A DNA stretch of 64,000 nucleotides from assembly GCA_963798085.1 (NCBI GenBank), contig CAWCRS010000003.1, positions 768,001 to 832,000 on the forward strand, read 5' to 3'. This document shows positions 9,124 through 17,527 of the stretch, in pieces. Source of the DNA: an uncultured Gemmatimonadales bacterium. GTDB lineage: Bacteria > Gemmatimonadota > Gemmatimonadetes > Longimicrobiales > RSA9. The position numbers and the translations under genes are program-made. Positions within the stretch are counted from its first letter, which is position 1, and each line of letters starts with the position of its first letter. Under the pieces are notes generated by a model. It saw nothing but the letters and a program-made list of their open reading frames with translations, ran no database searches and was not told where the DNA came from.

Positions 9124-10074
9124 TCAACGCCGGCTGTCGCAGGGAGATACGCGGATGTCGGCGATCTCGAGTCCCGGATAGAGGCGCAGCACCCGGCCAT
9201 CCAGACCGTAGAGCGTCACGCTCTCGCCACGCGACAGGCGCTCGTCAATGGCGAGGTCCAGGTCGGAGGCGCGGGCCAGGCCTACCGTTTCGAGACCCAC
9301 CGGCACGTCGTAGCGCACGCCGTTCGCCAGTTCCACGCTCACGCGCGCGCACTCGCCTGTGGCCATTCCCGGCCAGGAGAAGCGGTAGCCTCCTGCGGGG
9401 CCCGACTGGAAGCCGAACGGGTAGAGCGGCATGTAGCCGTAGTAGCCCCAGCCGTACGCATCGACGCCGCCCCCGATCCCGGGAAAGCCGGCCCCCGGGT
9501 AGCCCCACCCATAGCCGGTCGCGTCGCCAACGCCGCCACCAGGTCCACCCCAGGGCGAGTACATCCAGGGATTGCAGTTGCCGGCGCCGTAACCCAGGCC
9601 GGGCATACCCCAGCCCGGGTTGAGACCCGGTCTGCCAGTGTTGTCGCCTCGGCCGCTGCCGCCGGAGCGGTTGCCCGAGCCGTCCCGGCCCCGGGTGGAG
9701 CCAGCGCCACGCTGGCCACCACCGCGCAAGCCACCCGCCCGGCCCACGCGGCCATCCAGGCCGGCGCCCGCGCCGGACCAGCCACGACAATTCGCTGGCG
9801 CACCGCCCAGTCCCGGAACGGGACCATAGAGTGGCGCACCCGCGAAGCCGGAACCAATGCCCGGTGCGCCTACGACCGCGGAGCCGTAGCCCGATCCCGT
9901 GCCCAGCTGTCCCAGCCGCCTCGCTTCGAGCCACTGGCGACGCTGCGCCTGATACTCCTCGACCGTCAGCGGGCGGATCGTGTCCGCTCCCGCGCCACGC
10001 TGCCCGAGTACGGGCCGCGCGCCCGCCAGCACCACGCAGGCCGCGACTACGGCGACACCTGTGTTCCGCAACAT
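9124..10074 (-). CDS. Secreted Gly/Tyr/Trp/Pro-rich low-complexity protein with a C-terminal globular domain
   Basis: ATG 10074 after GGGAG; signal peptide MLRNTGVAVVAACVVLAGARPVLG; long Gly-rich region; C-terminal ~80 aa bracketed by two Cys. Confidence 0.7.
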   Translation of the reverse strand: MLRNTGVAVVAACVVLAGARPVLGQRGAGADTIRPLTVEEYQAQRRQWLEARRLGQLGTGSGYGSAVVGAPGIGSGFAGAPLYGPVPGLGGAPANCRGWSGAGAGLDGRVGRAGGLRGGGQRGAGSTRGRDGSGNRSGGSGRGDNTGRPGLNPGWGMPGLGYGAGNCNPWMYSPWGGPGGGVGDATGYGWGYPGAGFPGIGGGVDAYGWGYYGYMPLYPFGFQSGPAGGYRFSWPGMATGECARVSVELANGVRYDVPVGLETVGLARASDLDLAIDERLSRGESVTLYGLDGRVLRLYPGLEIADIRVSPCDSRR

Positions 10075-10564
10075 CCGCTGCTCCCTGCACAGGTTAGGCG
10101 CCGTCCCTGGCACGCACATCGGCGCGCAATACCGCAGCCGCGCGCATTCTCCGGTTGAGCCCGGAACTCCTGTTCCGAAGCTAACCTCCATCGGGTCGAG
10201 CCTTCAACCCGTTCAGCACAGTCTCGGCCGCCCGCCCGCTTTCAGAACACCTGCCTCCATGGCGTGGCTGGGTTTCCGCACAAGGGAAGCCCCGACTTGC
10301 GGGCGCTCGTCCGCCCTGCATCTTTCGCCGTTCGTGCATTCTGGTACCTGCGCGCCACTCCCCTGGACGCGGGTCCCACCCGGCGCATTCGTGCCGGTCC
10401 GTGCCGGGAATTTCCGCCGCGGCGCCAGGCCCAGTGCCTGTCCGCTGCGACCTTCGCGTGCTCTGAGCCCGTCGAAGCCGGAGCGAGCGCGCCCCGCTAC
10501 GCAGTGCCGATATCCTGTCGGCGTGCGGGGAACGGTGGGCTGTCAGCCCGCCTTGCAGGACGAC

Positions 10565-13500
10565 ATGGCCGAGTCTGCTGCTGCGCATTCCCCTCGCGAG
10601 AGTCCCAGCACCGCTGACGCTGCCGTTGCGGATGCGGCATTCTCACGTCCTGGCGGGAGCCTGACTGCTACCGCGCTGCTCCTGGGACGCAGCGGCGCCG
10701 TCCTGGCTGTCGCTACGGGCCTGTTAGGGCTCGCCGGATGGGCGTTTGGCGTCGTGGCACTCAAGTCTGTGTTCGTGGGCGACGCGACCATGAAGCCGTT
10801 CACCGCGTCCTGCTTCGTGCTCGCCGGCCTGTCGCTGCTGCTCTCGACAACGCCTGACAATGCGTTTGCCCGTGCACGCTGGCGCGTGCGTGCCGCCGCC
10901 GGCGCGGCGCTGCTGGTCTCGCTCACGGGCCTCGTCACGGTGGCCGAGTACGTGACCGGCGTCGATCTGCCGTTCGAGAACCTCCTGTTCAGGCGGGCGC
11001 TCGTGGCTTCAGCCATCCCGTACCCGGGGCGGATGTCGCCGGCGACCGCCATCGGCTTCCTGCTTCTGGGTACGGCGCTGCTGCTGCGCCGTCGCACGAT
11101 CAGGCCGCACACGGAGCAGCTGCTCGGCCTCTTGACGCTGCTGCTGGGGGGCCTCGCCTGCACCGGTTACCTCTTCGGGGGCCGCGCACTGTACAACGTG
11201 TTTGTCTTTTCCTCCATGGCCGTGCACACGGCCGTGATGTTTGCCATCACCGGCGCCAGCGTACTGCTGGCGCGGCCGGCCGGACCGATCACGAAGATCA
11301 TCGTGAGCGATGGTCCGGGCGGTATCGCCGCCCGCCGGCTCCTGCCGGTCGTCGTGCTGCTGGTGCCGCTGCTGGGCTGGCTGTACGTGCGCAGCCAGAT
11401 CGCAGGCTGGTTCGAGCCGGGGTTCGGCGCGGCCCTGCTGGCAGTCGTTAATATTGTGTTGCTGACCGCCGTTGTATGGGGCACGGCGCATCGGCTGGAT
11501 CGCCTGGACGGCCAGCGCCGCAGCGCGCAGACCGGCATACGGGAGAGCGAAGAGCGCCTCCGCGCGCTGATCGAAGCCTCGAGCCAGATCGTGTGGACCG
11601 CGGACCCCACGGGCGCCGCGGTTGACGATTCGCCCTCCTGGCGCGCGTTCACCGGGCAGTCTGCGGAAGAGCGGGGCGGCTTCGGTTTCCTCGACGCACT
11701 GCATCCCAATGACCGCGATCGCGCCCTTGCGGACTGGCGCCAGGCGATTGCGTCGCGTAAACCGCTGCGCGCCGAGTACCGCGTGCGCCACGCCAGCGGT
11801 GAATGGCGCTGGACCGCCACGCGCGCCGTGCCCCTGCTGGCGCCCGATGGCTCCATCCGCGCGTGGGTCGGCATGAATGCGGACATCACCGTGCGCAAGC
11901 AGGCCGAGGATGCGTTGCGCGCGAGCGAACAGCGCCTGCGCTCGGTAGTCGATTCCGTGCCCCAGCTCGTCTGGACTTCATTGCCGGATGGCGCCTGCGA
12001 CTTCTTCAGTGCGCGCTGGATCGAATACACCGGCATGGCGCCTCCCGAACAGTTTGGCGCCGGCTGGCTGCAGCAGGTTCACCCCGACGATCTCACGCGC
12101 GCGCAGGCCGAGTGGCAAGCGGCTGTCGCCACCGGGTCCGACTTCCGCGTCGAATGCCGCCTGCGGCGCGCCGACGGTGTCTATCGCGAGTTCGATATGC
12201 GTGCCGTGCCGCTGCGGGATCATGCCGGACGCATCGAGCGCTGGTTCGGCTCCAGCACGGACATTGAAGATGTGCGCGTCGCCGAACGCCTCGCCCGCGA
12301 AACCGAAGAACGCCTGTTTGCCGTCGTCGACAATCTCGAGGAAGGCCTCGTCATTTCCGACCTCGAAGGCCGGCTGACGCACTGGAATCGCGCAGCCCTG
12401 CGCATGCACGGCATCAGGCGAGTCGAAGAGGTGCTCGTCCCGGTGGAGAAGTTCCTCCAGATCTACCAGCTGAGCACGCTGGACGGCGCGATTCTGCCCT
12501 TCGACCAGTGGCCGTTGCCACGCATCATGCGTGGTGAAGTGCTGAATAACGTCGAGCTGCGGCTGCGACGGCTGCCCGGAATCGCCAGCGAATCGTTCGG
12601 CATGGCCGAGTCCGGGTGGGAGCGCATCTTCAGCTACGGCGGCCGCATTGTGCGCGGGTCCGCGCAACGCTCCGTCGCCTTCCTCAGCATTACGGATGTC
12701 ACGCAGCGCCGCGAAACCGAACAGCAGCTGCGCACCAGTGAGGGCAGGTTCCGCGGCATCTACGAGACCGCGCCCGTTTCCATCTGGCAGGAAGACTGGA
12801 GCGCAGTGAAGCGCTCCCTTGCTGCGCTGCGCGACGGCGGCATCACCGACTTCGCGAGGTACTTCCGCGACCATCCCGAGTTCGTGACGCTCGCGCTTGC
12901 GGACGTGAAAATCGACGACGTCAATCAGCACACCATCGACCTTTTCCGCGCGGCCAGCAAACAGGAAATGCTCACGTCGCTCGAAGCCGTGTTCGCCGCA
13001 CCGCCCGCGCGCGCGGCGTTCGTGGCGCAGCTGACGGCGTTCGCCAGCGGAGAGCGCAGCTTCAGCTCCGAGATGTCGGTCAGCACACTCACGGGTGAGA
13101 CGCTGCACGTTTCCAAGGGCATGGCGTTCCCGGACCCGGACTCGGAGTCCGGCCAGGTTCTCGTGAGCGTCGTCGACCTGACCGAGCGATGGAACGCCGA
13201 GGCCGCACGCCTCGAATCGGAAGCGCGCTTCCGCCAGCTGGCCGAAAACGTGCGCGAAGTGTTCTGGCTTACCAATGTAGCCAAGGCCCAGATCGTCTAT
13301 GTGAGTCCGGCATACGAGACCATCTGGGGTCGCAGCTGCGAGCGCTTGTACGAGTCGCCCGGTGACTGGCTGGAGGCAATTCATCCGCAGGACCGCCCGC
13401 ACGTCGAGCAGGCCATGATGCGGCAGGCCGAAGGCACGTACGACGAAGAGTATCGCATTGTCCGTCCCGACGGTGCCATCCGCTGGATCCGTGACCGCGC

Positions 13501-14725
13501 GTTCCCCGTGCGCGACGCGCGCGGCGACATCATTCGCATCGCCGGCGTGGCGCAGGACGTTACGACACGGCGCAGCCTGGAGGCTCAGCTGCTGCAGACG
13601 CAGAAGATGGAATCGATGGGCCGTCTGGCGGGCGGTGTGGCTCACGACTTCAACAACTGGCTCACTGTCGTTTCCGGTAATGTCGAGTTACTGCGGCTGC
13701 TGCTGACCGATCGGACCGAAGAACTCGAATTGCTCAAGGAGATCGCGGACGCCGCCGAACGGGCGGCCGGCCTCACCCGCCAGCTGCTCGCATTCAGCCG
13801 CAAGGAAGTCCTCGAGCCCCGCGTCATCGACCTCAATACGGTGGTCACCGACACGGAGAAGCTGCTGCGCCGCATCATTGGCGAGGACATCGTCCTGAAG
13901 ACGGTCCTGGACACGAGAATCAGCCGCGTTCGTGTCGATCCCGGACACCTCGTGCAGGTACTCATGAACCTCGCCGTCAACGCACGCGACGCCATGCCCC
14001 GCGGCGGAACCCTCAGCATCAGCACCCGAGACGTGCTGCTGGATGAGGCGTACGTCGCCGAACACGCCGGATTCGTGAGCGGGCGCTACGTGCTGCTCGC
14101 CATCTCCGACAGCGGCGAAGGCATGACGCCCGAAGTGCAGGCGCGCGTATTCGAGCCCTTCTTCACCACCAAGGACGCCACGCACGGCACCGGCCTCGGC
14201 CTCGCTGTAGTGCACGGCATCGTGCGCCAGAGTGGAGGTCAGATCCAGCTCTACAGCGAGCCCGGCGAGGGCACGACATTCAAGATCTATATGCCGGCCA
14301 TCGACCACGCGCCTGTGGCGGTGGCTGCGGAGCGGTCGGATGTCGCCTTGCGCGGCTCCGAGACGATCCTGCTCGTCGAGGATCAGGAAAGCGTACGCCG
14401 TGTCGCGACCCGCGCGCTCACCTCATACGGCTACAACGTGATCAGTGCCGCCAACGGGCAGGACGCACTGCAGAGGCTCGGGGATCTGATCTCCTCGCTG
14501 CAGCTGCTGGTCACCGATGTCGTGATGCCACTCATGGGCGGACCGGAGCTCGCCACCACCATCAACCGCCTGAATCCCGCTGTGCGCGTGCTCTTCACCA
14601 GCGGCTACACGGATGACGCCGTCGTGCGTCATGGCGTCCTCAATGATGAGGTTGCCTTCCTGCAGAAGCCGTACGTTCCGGTAACGCTGGTGCGCAAGGT
14701 TCGCGAAGCCCTGGACCGCGACTGA
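10565..14725 (+). CDS. Membrane-bound multi-PAS hybrid sensor histidine kinase
   Basis: ~7 TM helices, ~5 PAS/PAC domains (LHPNDR, VHPDDL, IHPQDR), HisKA GGVAHDFNN, HATPase (EPFFTTK, GTGLGL) and a C-terminal REC domain. ATG follows AGGA. Confidence 0.93.
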   Translation: MAESAAAHSPRESPSTADAAVADAAFSRPGGSLTATALLLGRSGAVLAVATGLLGLAGWAFGVVALKSVFVGDATMKPFTASCFVLAGLSLLLSTTPDNAFARARWRVRAAAGAALLVSLTGLVTVAEYVTGVDLPFENLLFRRALVASAIPYPGRMSPATAIGFLLLGTALLLRRRTIRPHTEQLLGLLTLLLGGLACTGYLFGGRALYNVFVFSSMAVHTAVMFAITGASVLLARPAGPITKIIVSDGPGGIAARRLLPVVVLLVPLLGWLYVRSQIAGWFEPGFGAALLAVVNIVLLTAVVWGTAHRLDRLDGQRRSAQTGIRESEERLRALIEASSQIVWTADPTGAAVDDSPSWRAFTGQSAEERGGFGFLDALHPNDRDRALADWRQAIASRKPLRAEYRVRHASGEWRWTATRAVPLLAPDGSIRAWVGMNADITVRKQAEDALRASEQRLRSVVDSVPQLVWTSLPDGACDFFSARWIEYTGMAPPEQFGAGWLQQVHPDDLTRAQAEWQAAVATGSDFRVECRLRRADGVYREFDMRAVPLRDHAGRIERWFGSSTDIEDVRVAERLARETEERLFAVVDNLEEGLVISDLEGRLTHWNRAALRMHGIRRVEEVLVPVEKFLQIYQLSTLDGAILPFDQWPLPRIMRGEVLNNVELRLRRLPGIASESFGMAESGWERIFSYGGRIVRGSAQRSVAFLSITDVTQRRETEQQLRTSEGRFRGIYETAPVSIWQEDWSAVKRSLAALRDGGITDFARYFRDHPEFVTLALADVKIDDVNQHTIDLFRAASKQEMLTSLEAVFAAPPARAAFVAQLTAFASGERSFSSEMSVSTLTGETLHVSKGMAFPDPDSESGQVLVSVVDLTERWNAEAARLESEARFRQLAENVREVFWLTNVAKAQIVYVSPAYETIWGRSCERLYESPGDWLEAIHPQDRPHVEQAMMRQAEGTYDEEYRIVRPDGAIRWIRDRAFPVRDARGDIIRIAGVAQDVTTRRSLEAQLLQTQKMESMGRLAGGVAHDFNNWLTVVSGNVELLRLLLTDRTEELELLKEIADAAERAAGLTRQLLAFSRKEVLEPRVIDLNTVVTDTEKLLRRIIGEDIVLKTVLDTRISRVRVDPGHLVQVLMNLAVNARDAMPRGGTLSISTRDVLLDEAYVAEHAGFVSGRYVLLAISDSGEGMTPEVQARVFEPFFTTKDATHGTGLGLAVVHGIVRQSGGQIQLYSEPGEGTTFKIYMPAIDHAPVAVAAERSDVALRGSETILLVEDQESVRRVATRALTSYGYNVISAANGQDALQRLGDLISSLQLLVTDVVMPLMGGPELATTINRLNPAVRVLFTSGYTDDAVVRHGVLNDEVAFLQKPYVPVTLVRKVREALDRD

Positions 14726-15111
14726 TGTCGGCCAGCGCCCGGCCTGCTACCATCCTGGTCGTGGATGACAACCGCGCCGTGCGCTCGCTCATCCGCCGCA
14801 TTCTGGCAATGCGTGGTTATGGCATCTTCGAGGCAGGCAGTGCGGACGAAGCGTTCGCGCTGCTCGATTCAGCCGGCGCATCGATTGACCTGCTGATCAC
14901 CGATCTGGTTCTGCCCGGCATGGACGGTGTCCGCCTGAGCGAGCACGTTCGCCGGCGCTTCCCCGATGTGTTCGTCATCCTGATCTCGGGCCGGCTCGAT
15001 CTGTCCGAAACTGCGACCGGTCGACCGCCGCGTTCCATACTCTTGCGCAAACCGTTCAGCCCGGACCAGATCCTGGACGCAGTGACGCGTGCCCTCGCGC
15101 CCGCGTCGTGA
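14725..15111 (+). CDS. Single-domain response regulator
   Basis: ILVVDDN, DLLITDLVLPGMDG, LISG and KPF motifs; overlaps the kinase stop. Confidence 0.9.
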   Translation: MSASARPATILVVDDNRAVRSLIRRILAMRGYGIFEAGSADEAFALLDSAGASIDLLITDLVLPGMDGVRLSEHVRRRFPDVFVILISGRLDLSETATGRPPRSILLRKPFSPDQILDAVTRALAPAS

Positions 15112-15166
15112 CCCTGCGCTCACGTGTGTGCAGGCGCGCCGGCGCCAGCGGCTTTAGTTTGACTGC

Positions 15167-15970
15167 ATGACGGGTCCTCGCTATCAGGAAATTGCGCCGC
15201 AGCCCGCATTGGCGCCCTTCGTCGAGTGCTTCTGGACCAGCCGCTCGGAAACGCCGCTGCCGGCAACCGCGCAAAGTCGCGTGCTTCCCGACGGCTGCGC
15301 GGACGTGATCTTCGACTTCAGCGAGCATCCCGTGGGACCCGCGTCACCCGCGGGTGGTGAGCGAAGCTACGTCGTCGGCGCCATGACCGCGGCGCTGGTG
15401 GTCGAGCATTTCGGGCGCGTCGACCTCCTGGGTGTGCGCTTCCGGCCAGGCGGCGCGGCCGCGTTCCTGCACCTGCCGCTTGGTGAGTTGACCGACCGCC
15501 GCATCGATGCCCAATCGCTCGGTGACGGATGGCAGGCGACGACAACTCGTATCCTCTCGGCGGAATCCGTCAGCGAGCGCATTGCCCTGCTCGAGGCCGC
15601 CCTCTCCATTCGCCTGCGCTCCGCTGCGATGACGGACCGGCTCGTGGCGCGCGCATGGTCGCGACTCGTCGAGACCGCCGGCGCGTTGCCGGTGCGCCAG
15701 CTGGCCAATGAGGTCGGACTGGGTGAGCGCAGACTGCAGCGCCTCTTCCACGAACGTGTCGGCCTCTCGCCCAAGGAAGCCGCACGCATTGCCCGCTTCC
15801 GCGCCACGCTCGAACACATGCGCAGCCATCCACACGAGCCGCTCGTGCGCATTGCGCTGGAGGGCGGCTATTACGACCAGCCTCATTTCACACGCGAATT
15901 CTCCCGCCTCGCCGGCCTGCCGCCGGAAGCCTGGCGTCGCGAGCGCGCGCAGGCTGATCACTCAGGTTGA
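15167..15970 (+). CDS. AraC-family transcriptional regulator
   Basis: VLPDGCADVIF N-domain, GVRFRPGG, and C-terminal HTH with GYYDQPHFTREF. Confidence 0.9.
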   Translation: MTGPRYQEIAPQPALAPFVECFWTSRSETPLPATAQSRVLPDGCADVIFDFSEHPVGPASPAGGERSYVVGAMTAALVVEHFGRVDLLGVRFRPGGAAAFLHLPLGELTDRRIDAQSLGDGWQATTTRILSAESVSERIALLEAALSIRLRSAAMTDRLVARAWSRLVETAGALPVRQLANEVGLGERRLQRLFHERVGLSPKEAARIARFRATLEHMRSHPHEPLVRIALEGGYYDQPHFTREFSRLAGLPPEAWRRERAQADHSG

Positions 15971-16027
15971 ACCGCCCGCCCACGGGCTGCAGGATTTCTT
16001 CGGGTTGCGCGAGATCGTCAGCTCCGC

Positions 16028-16825
16028 TCAGCCGCTGCCGATGGGAAACAAGCGGCCGAGATTGCAGACCAGGCCTGCATACACGGCGTTAGCCTGCGGT
16101 CCGCGGATGCGGCGGATGACGCCCGCGTCGATGACCAGTCGGGTCTGCACGGCGATCGTCGGCCCGGCCAGCAGGGCCACGGTCGGACTGTTCCCCGCGC
16201 GACCCAGCGTGCCCGGCATGCCGAATACCTCGGCCGCCAGCCCCAGCGCACGGCGCACCGGCGCGCCCGCGGACACCGTCCACAGCGTGGCGTTGCGGGG
16301 CGCATCCTGGCCGTTCCCCGAACGACGCGTGTACCCGAGGTTCACGTCGAGGCCGATGGCACCCAGCTGGTGGCTCGATATCAGCAACAGGGAAAAGTCA
16401 GTCGTGCCCGTACCGCGCGGCCCCGTGCCCAGGGGCAGCTTTACGCCCGGCAGCACCGCGAATCCGCCCAGCAGCGGCGCGTTGTCGGTAAGGCGGTACT
16501 TGAGGAGCAACGCGAAGTCAGTCACTCCCGCGTTCGCACCGGGCGGCTTGATCAGCCCGGCCTGCAGCCCGAGTTGAAGCCGTCGAGCCACACCGATCTT
16601 GAGCAGCGACGGCGTGCTGAACGCGCGTCCACCGTCCGGGTTCCGATCCCATTCGATGCCCGTTTCCAGCTCGAACCAACCCGGCGCAACCGTCCAGGCA
16701 TGGGTCGCCACCGTGGGTCGCTCGGGTAACACCGCGTAAGGATCGCGTTGTGCCGCCAGCGGTGCTGCCGCCAGCACCAGCGCCAGGCAAATGGCACCGC
16801 TCCCGGACGCAGGCCGTGTGCGCAC
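16028..16825 (-). CDS. Putative outer-membrane beta-barrel transporter (MetA-pathway/phenol-degradation-like)
   Basis: Signal peptide ending PLAA-Q; PERPTVATHAWTVAPGWFELETG; VKLPLG; alternating beta-strand pattern. Start approximate. Confidence 0.7.
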   Translation of the reverse strand: MRTRPASGSGAICLALVLAAAPLAAQRDPYAVLPERPTVATHAWTVAPGWFELETGIEWDRNPDGGRAFSTPSLLKIGVARRLQLGLQAGLIKPPGANAGVTDFALLLKYRLTDNAPLLGGFAVLPGVKLPLGTGPRGTGTTDFSLLLISSHQLGAIGLDVNLGYTRRSGNGQDAPRNATLWTVSAGAPVRRALGLAAEVFGMPGTLGRAGNSPTVALLAGPTIAVQTRLVIDAGVIRRIRGPQANAVYAGLVCNLGRLFPIGSG

Positions 16826-17104
16826 GCCTGCCCCGGCAACAACTCCAGTCGTGACTCGCAACTCGACTCCCTGCCCGGTCGCTTGTCCGTGTCGCTGCCC
16901 GGGCCAACGTAGAGGAACCGCACGCCGAGCGACAAGCACTGCCCTGCGGCGGCGCCCGGCCGGCCGGCCCGGCTTCCCTGCGGCGCCAGCCGCGACCGGC
17001 CGCACGTCGGTTTCGTACAAGCCGGCAGCCGCGATCCGGGTTATCCTGCACGTGAACAGGAGAAACCGGCCTCGCCGCCGGCTGACGCAACACGGAGGAG
17101 AGCC

Positions 17105-17488
17105 ATGACTAACTCACTGTCAGAGAGGCATACGCGATCGCGGGCCGCGCGCCGGCCACGCTCGCGACCGCGCAAGGCCATCGATGCCATGTCGGCCGCG
17201 CGGCTCGAGCACATCCCCAACATCGGCCCCTCCCTGGCCGCCGACCTGCGCCGCCTCAATGTGCGCGAGCCCGACCAGCTGCGCGGCCGCGATCCATGGC
17301 AGCTGTACGAAGCACTGTGTCAGGCGACCGGCGCGCGTCAGGATCCCTGCGTTCTGGATGCCTTCATTTCCGCCGTGCGCTTCATGGAGGGTGAGCCGGC
17401 CCGCCCGTGGTGGCACTACACCGAAGAGCGGAAGCGCGTCATGCGCCAGCGGGCCCGGCGGCGGCCAGGACCGGAACGCGTCGTGTGA
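17105..17488 (+). CDS. Helix-hairpin-helix protein (Cdd1/mitomycin-resistance-like)
   Basis: LEHIPNIGPSLAADL, DPWQLYEALC, RQDPCVLDAFISAV and PWWHYTEERK motifs; RBS GGAGG. Confidence 0.85.
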   Translation: MTNSLSERHTRSRAARRPRSRPRKAIDAMSAARLEHIPNIGPSLAADLRRLNVREPDQLRGRDPWQLYEALCQATGARQDPCVLDAFISAVRFMEGEPARPWWHYTEERKRVMRQRARRRPGPERVV

Positions 17489-17527
17489 AATCCGCGGCCG
17501 CCCGGCAGTGTGCTGACCGCGTGTTAG

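Noticed and set aside
9980..10564. 195-aa N-terminal extension of the PAS kinase
   Set aside because: It overlaps the divergent gene and is compositionally non-coding; the ATG at 10565 has an RBS.
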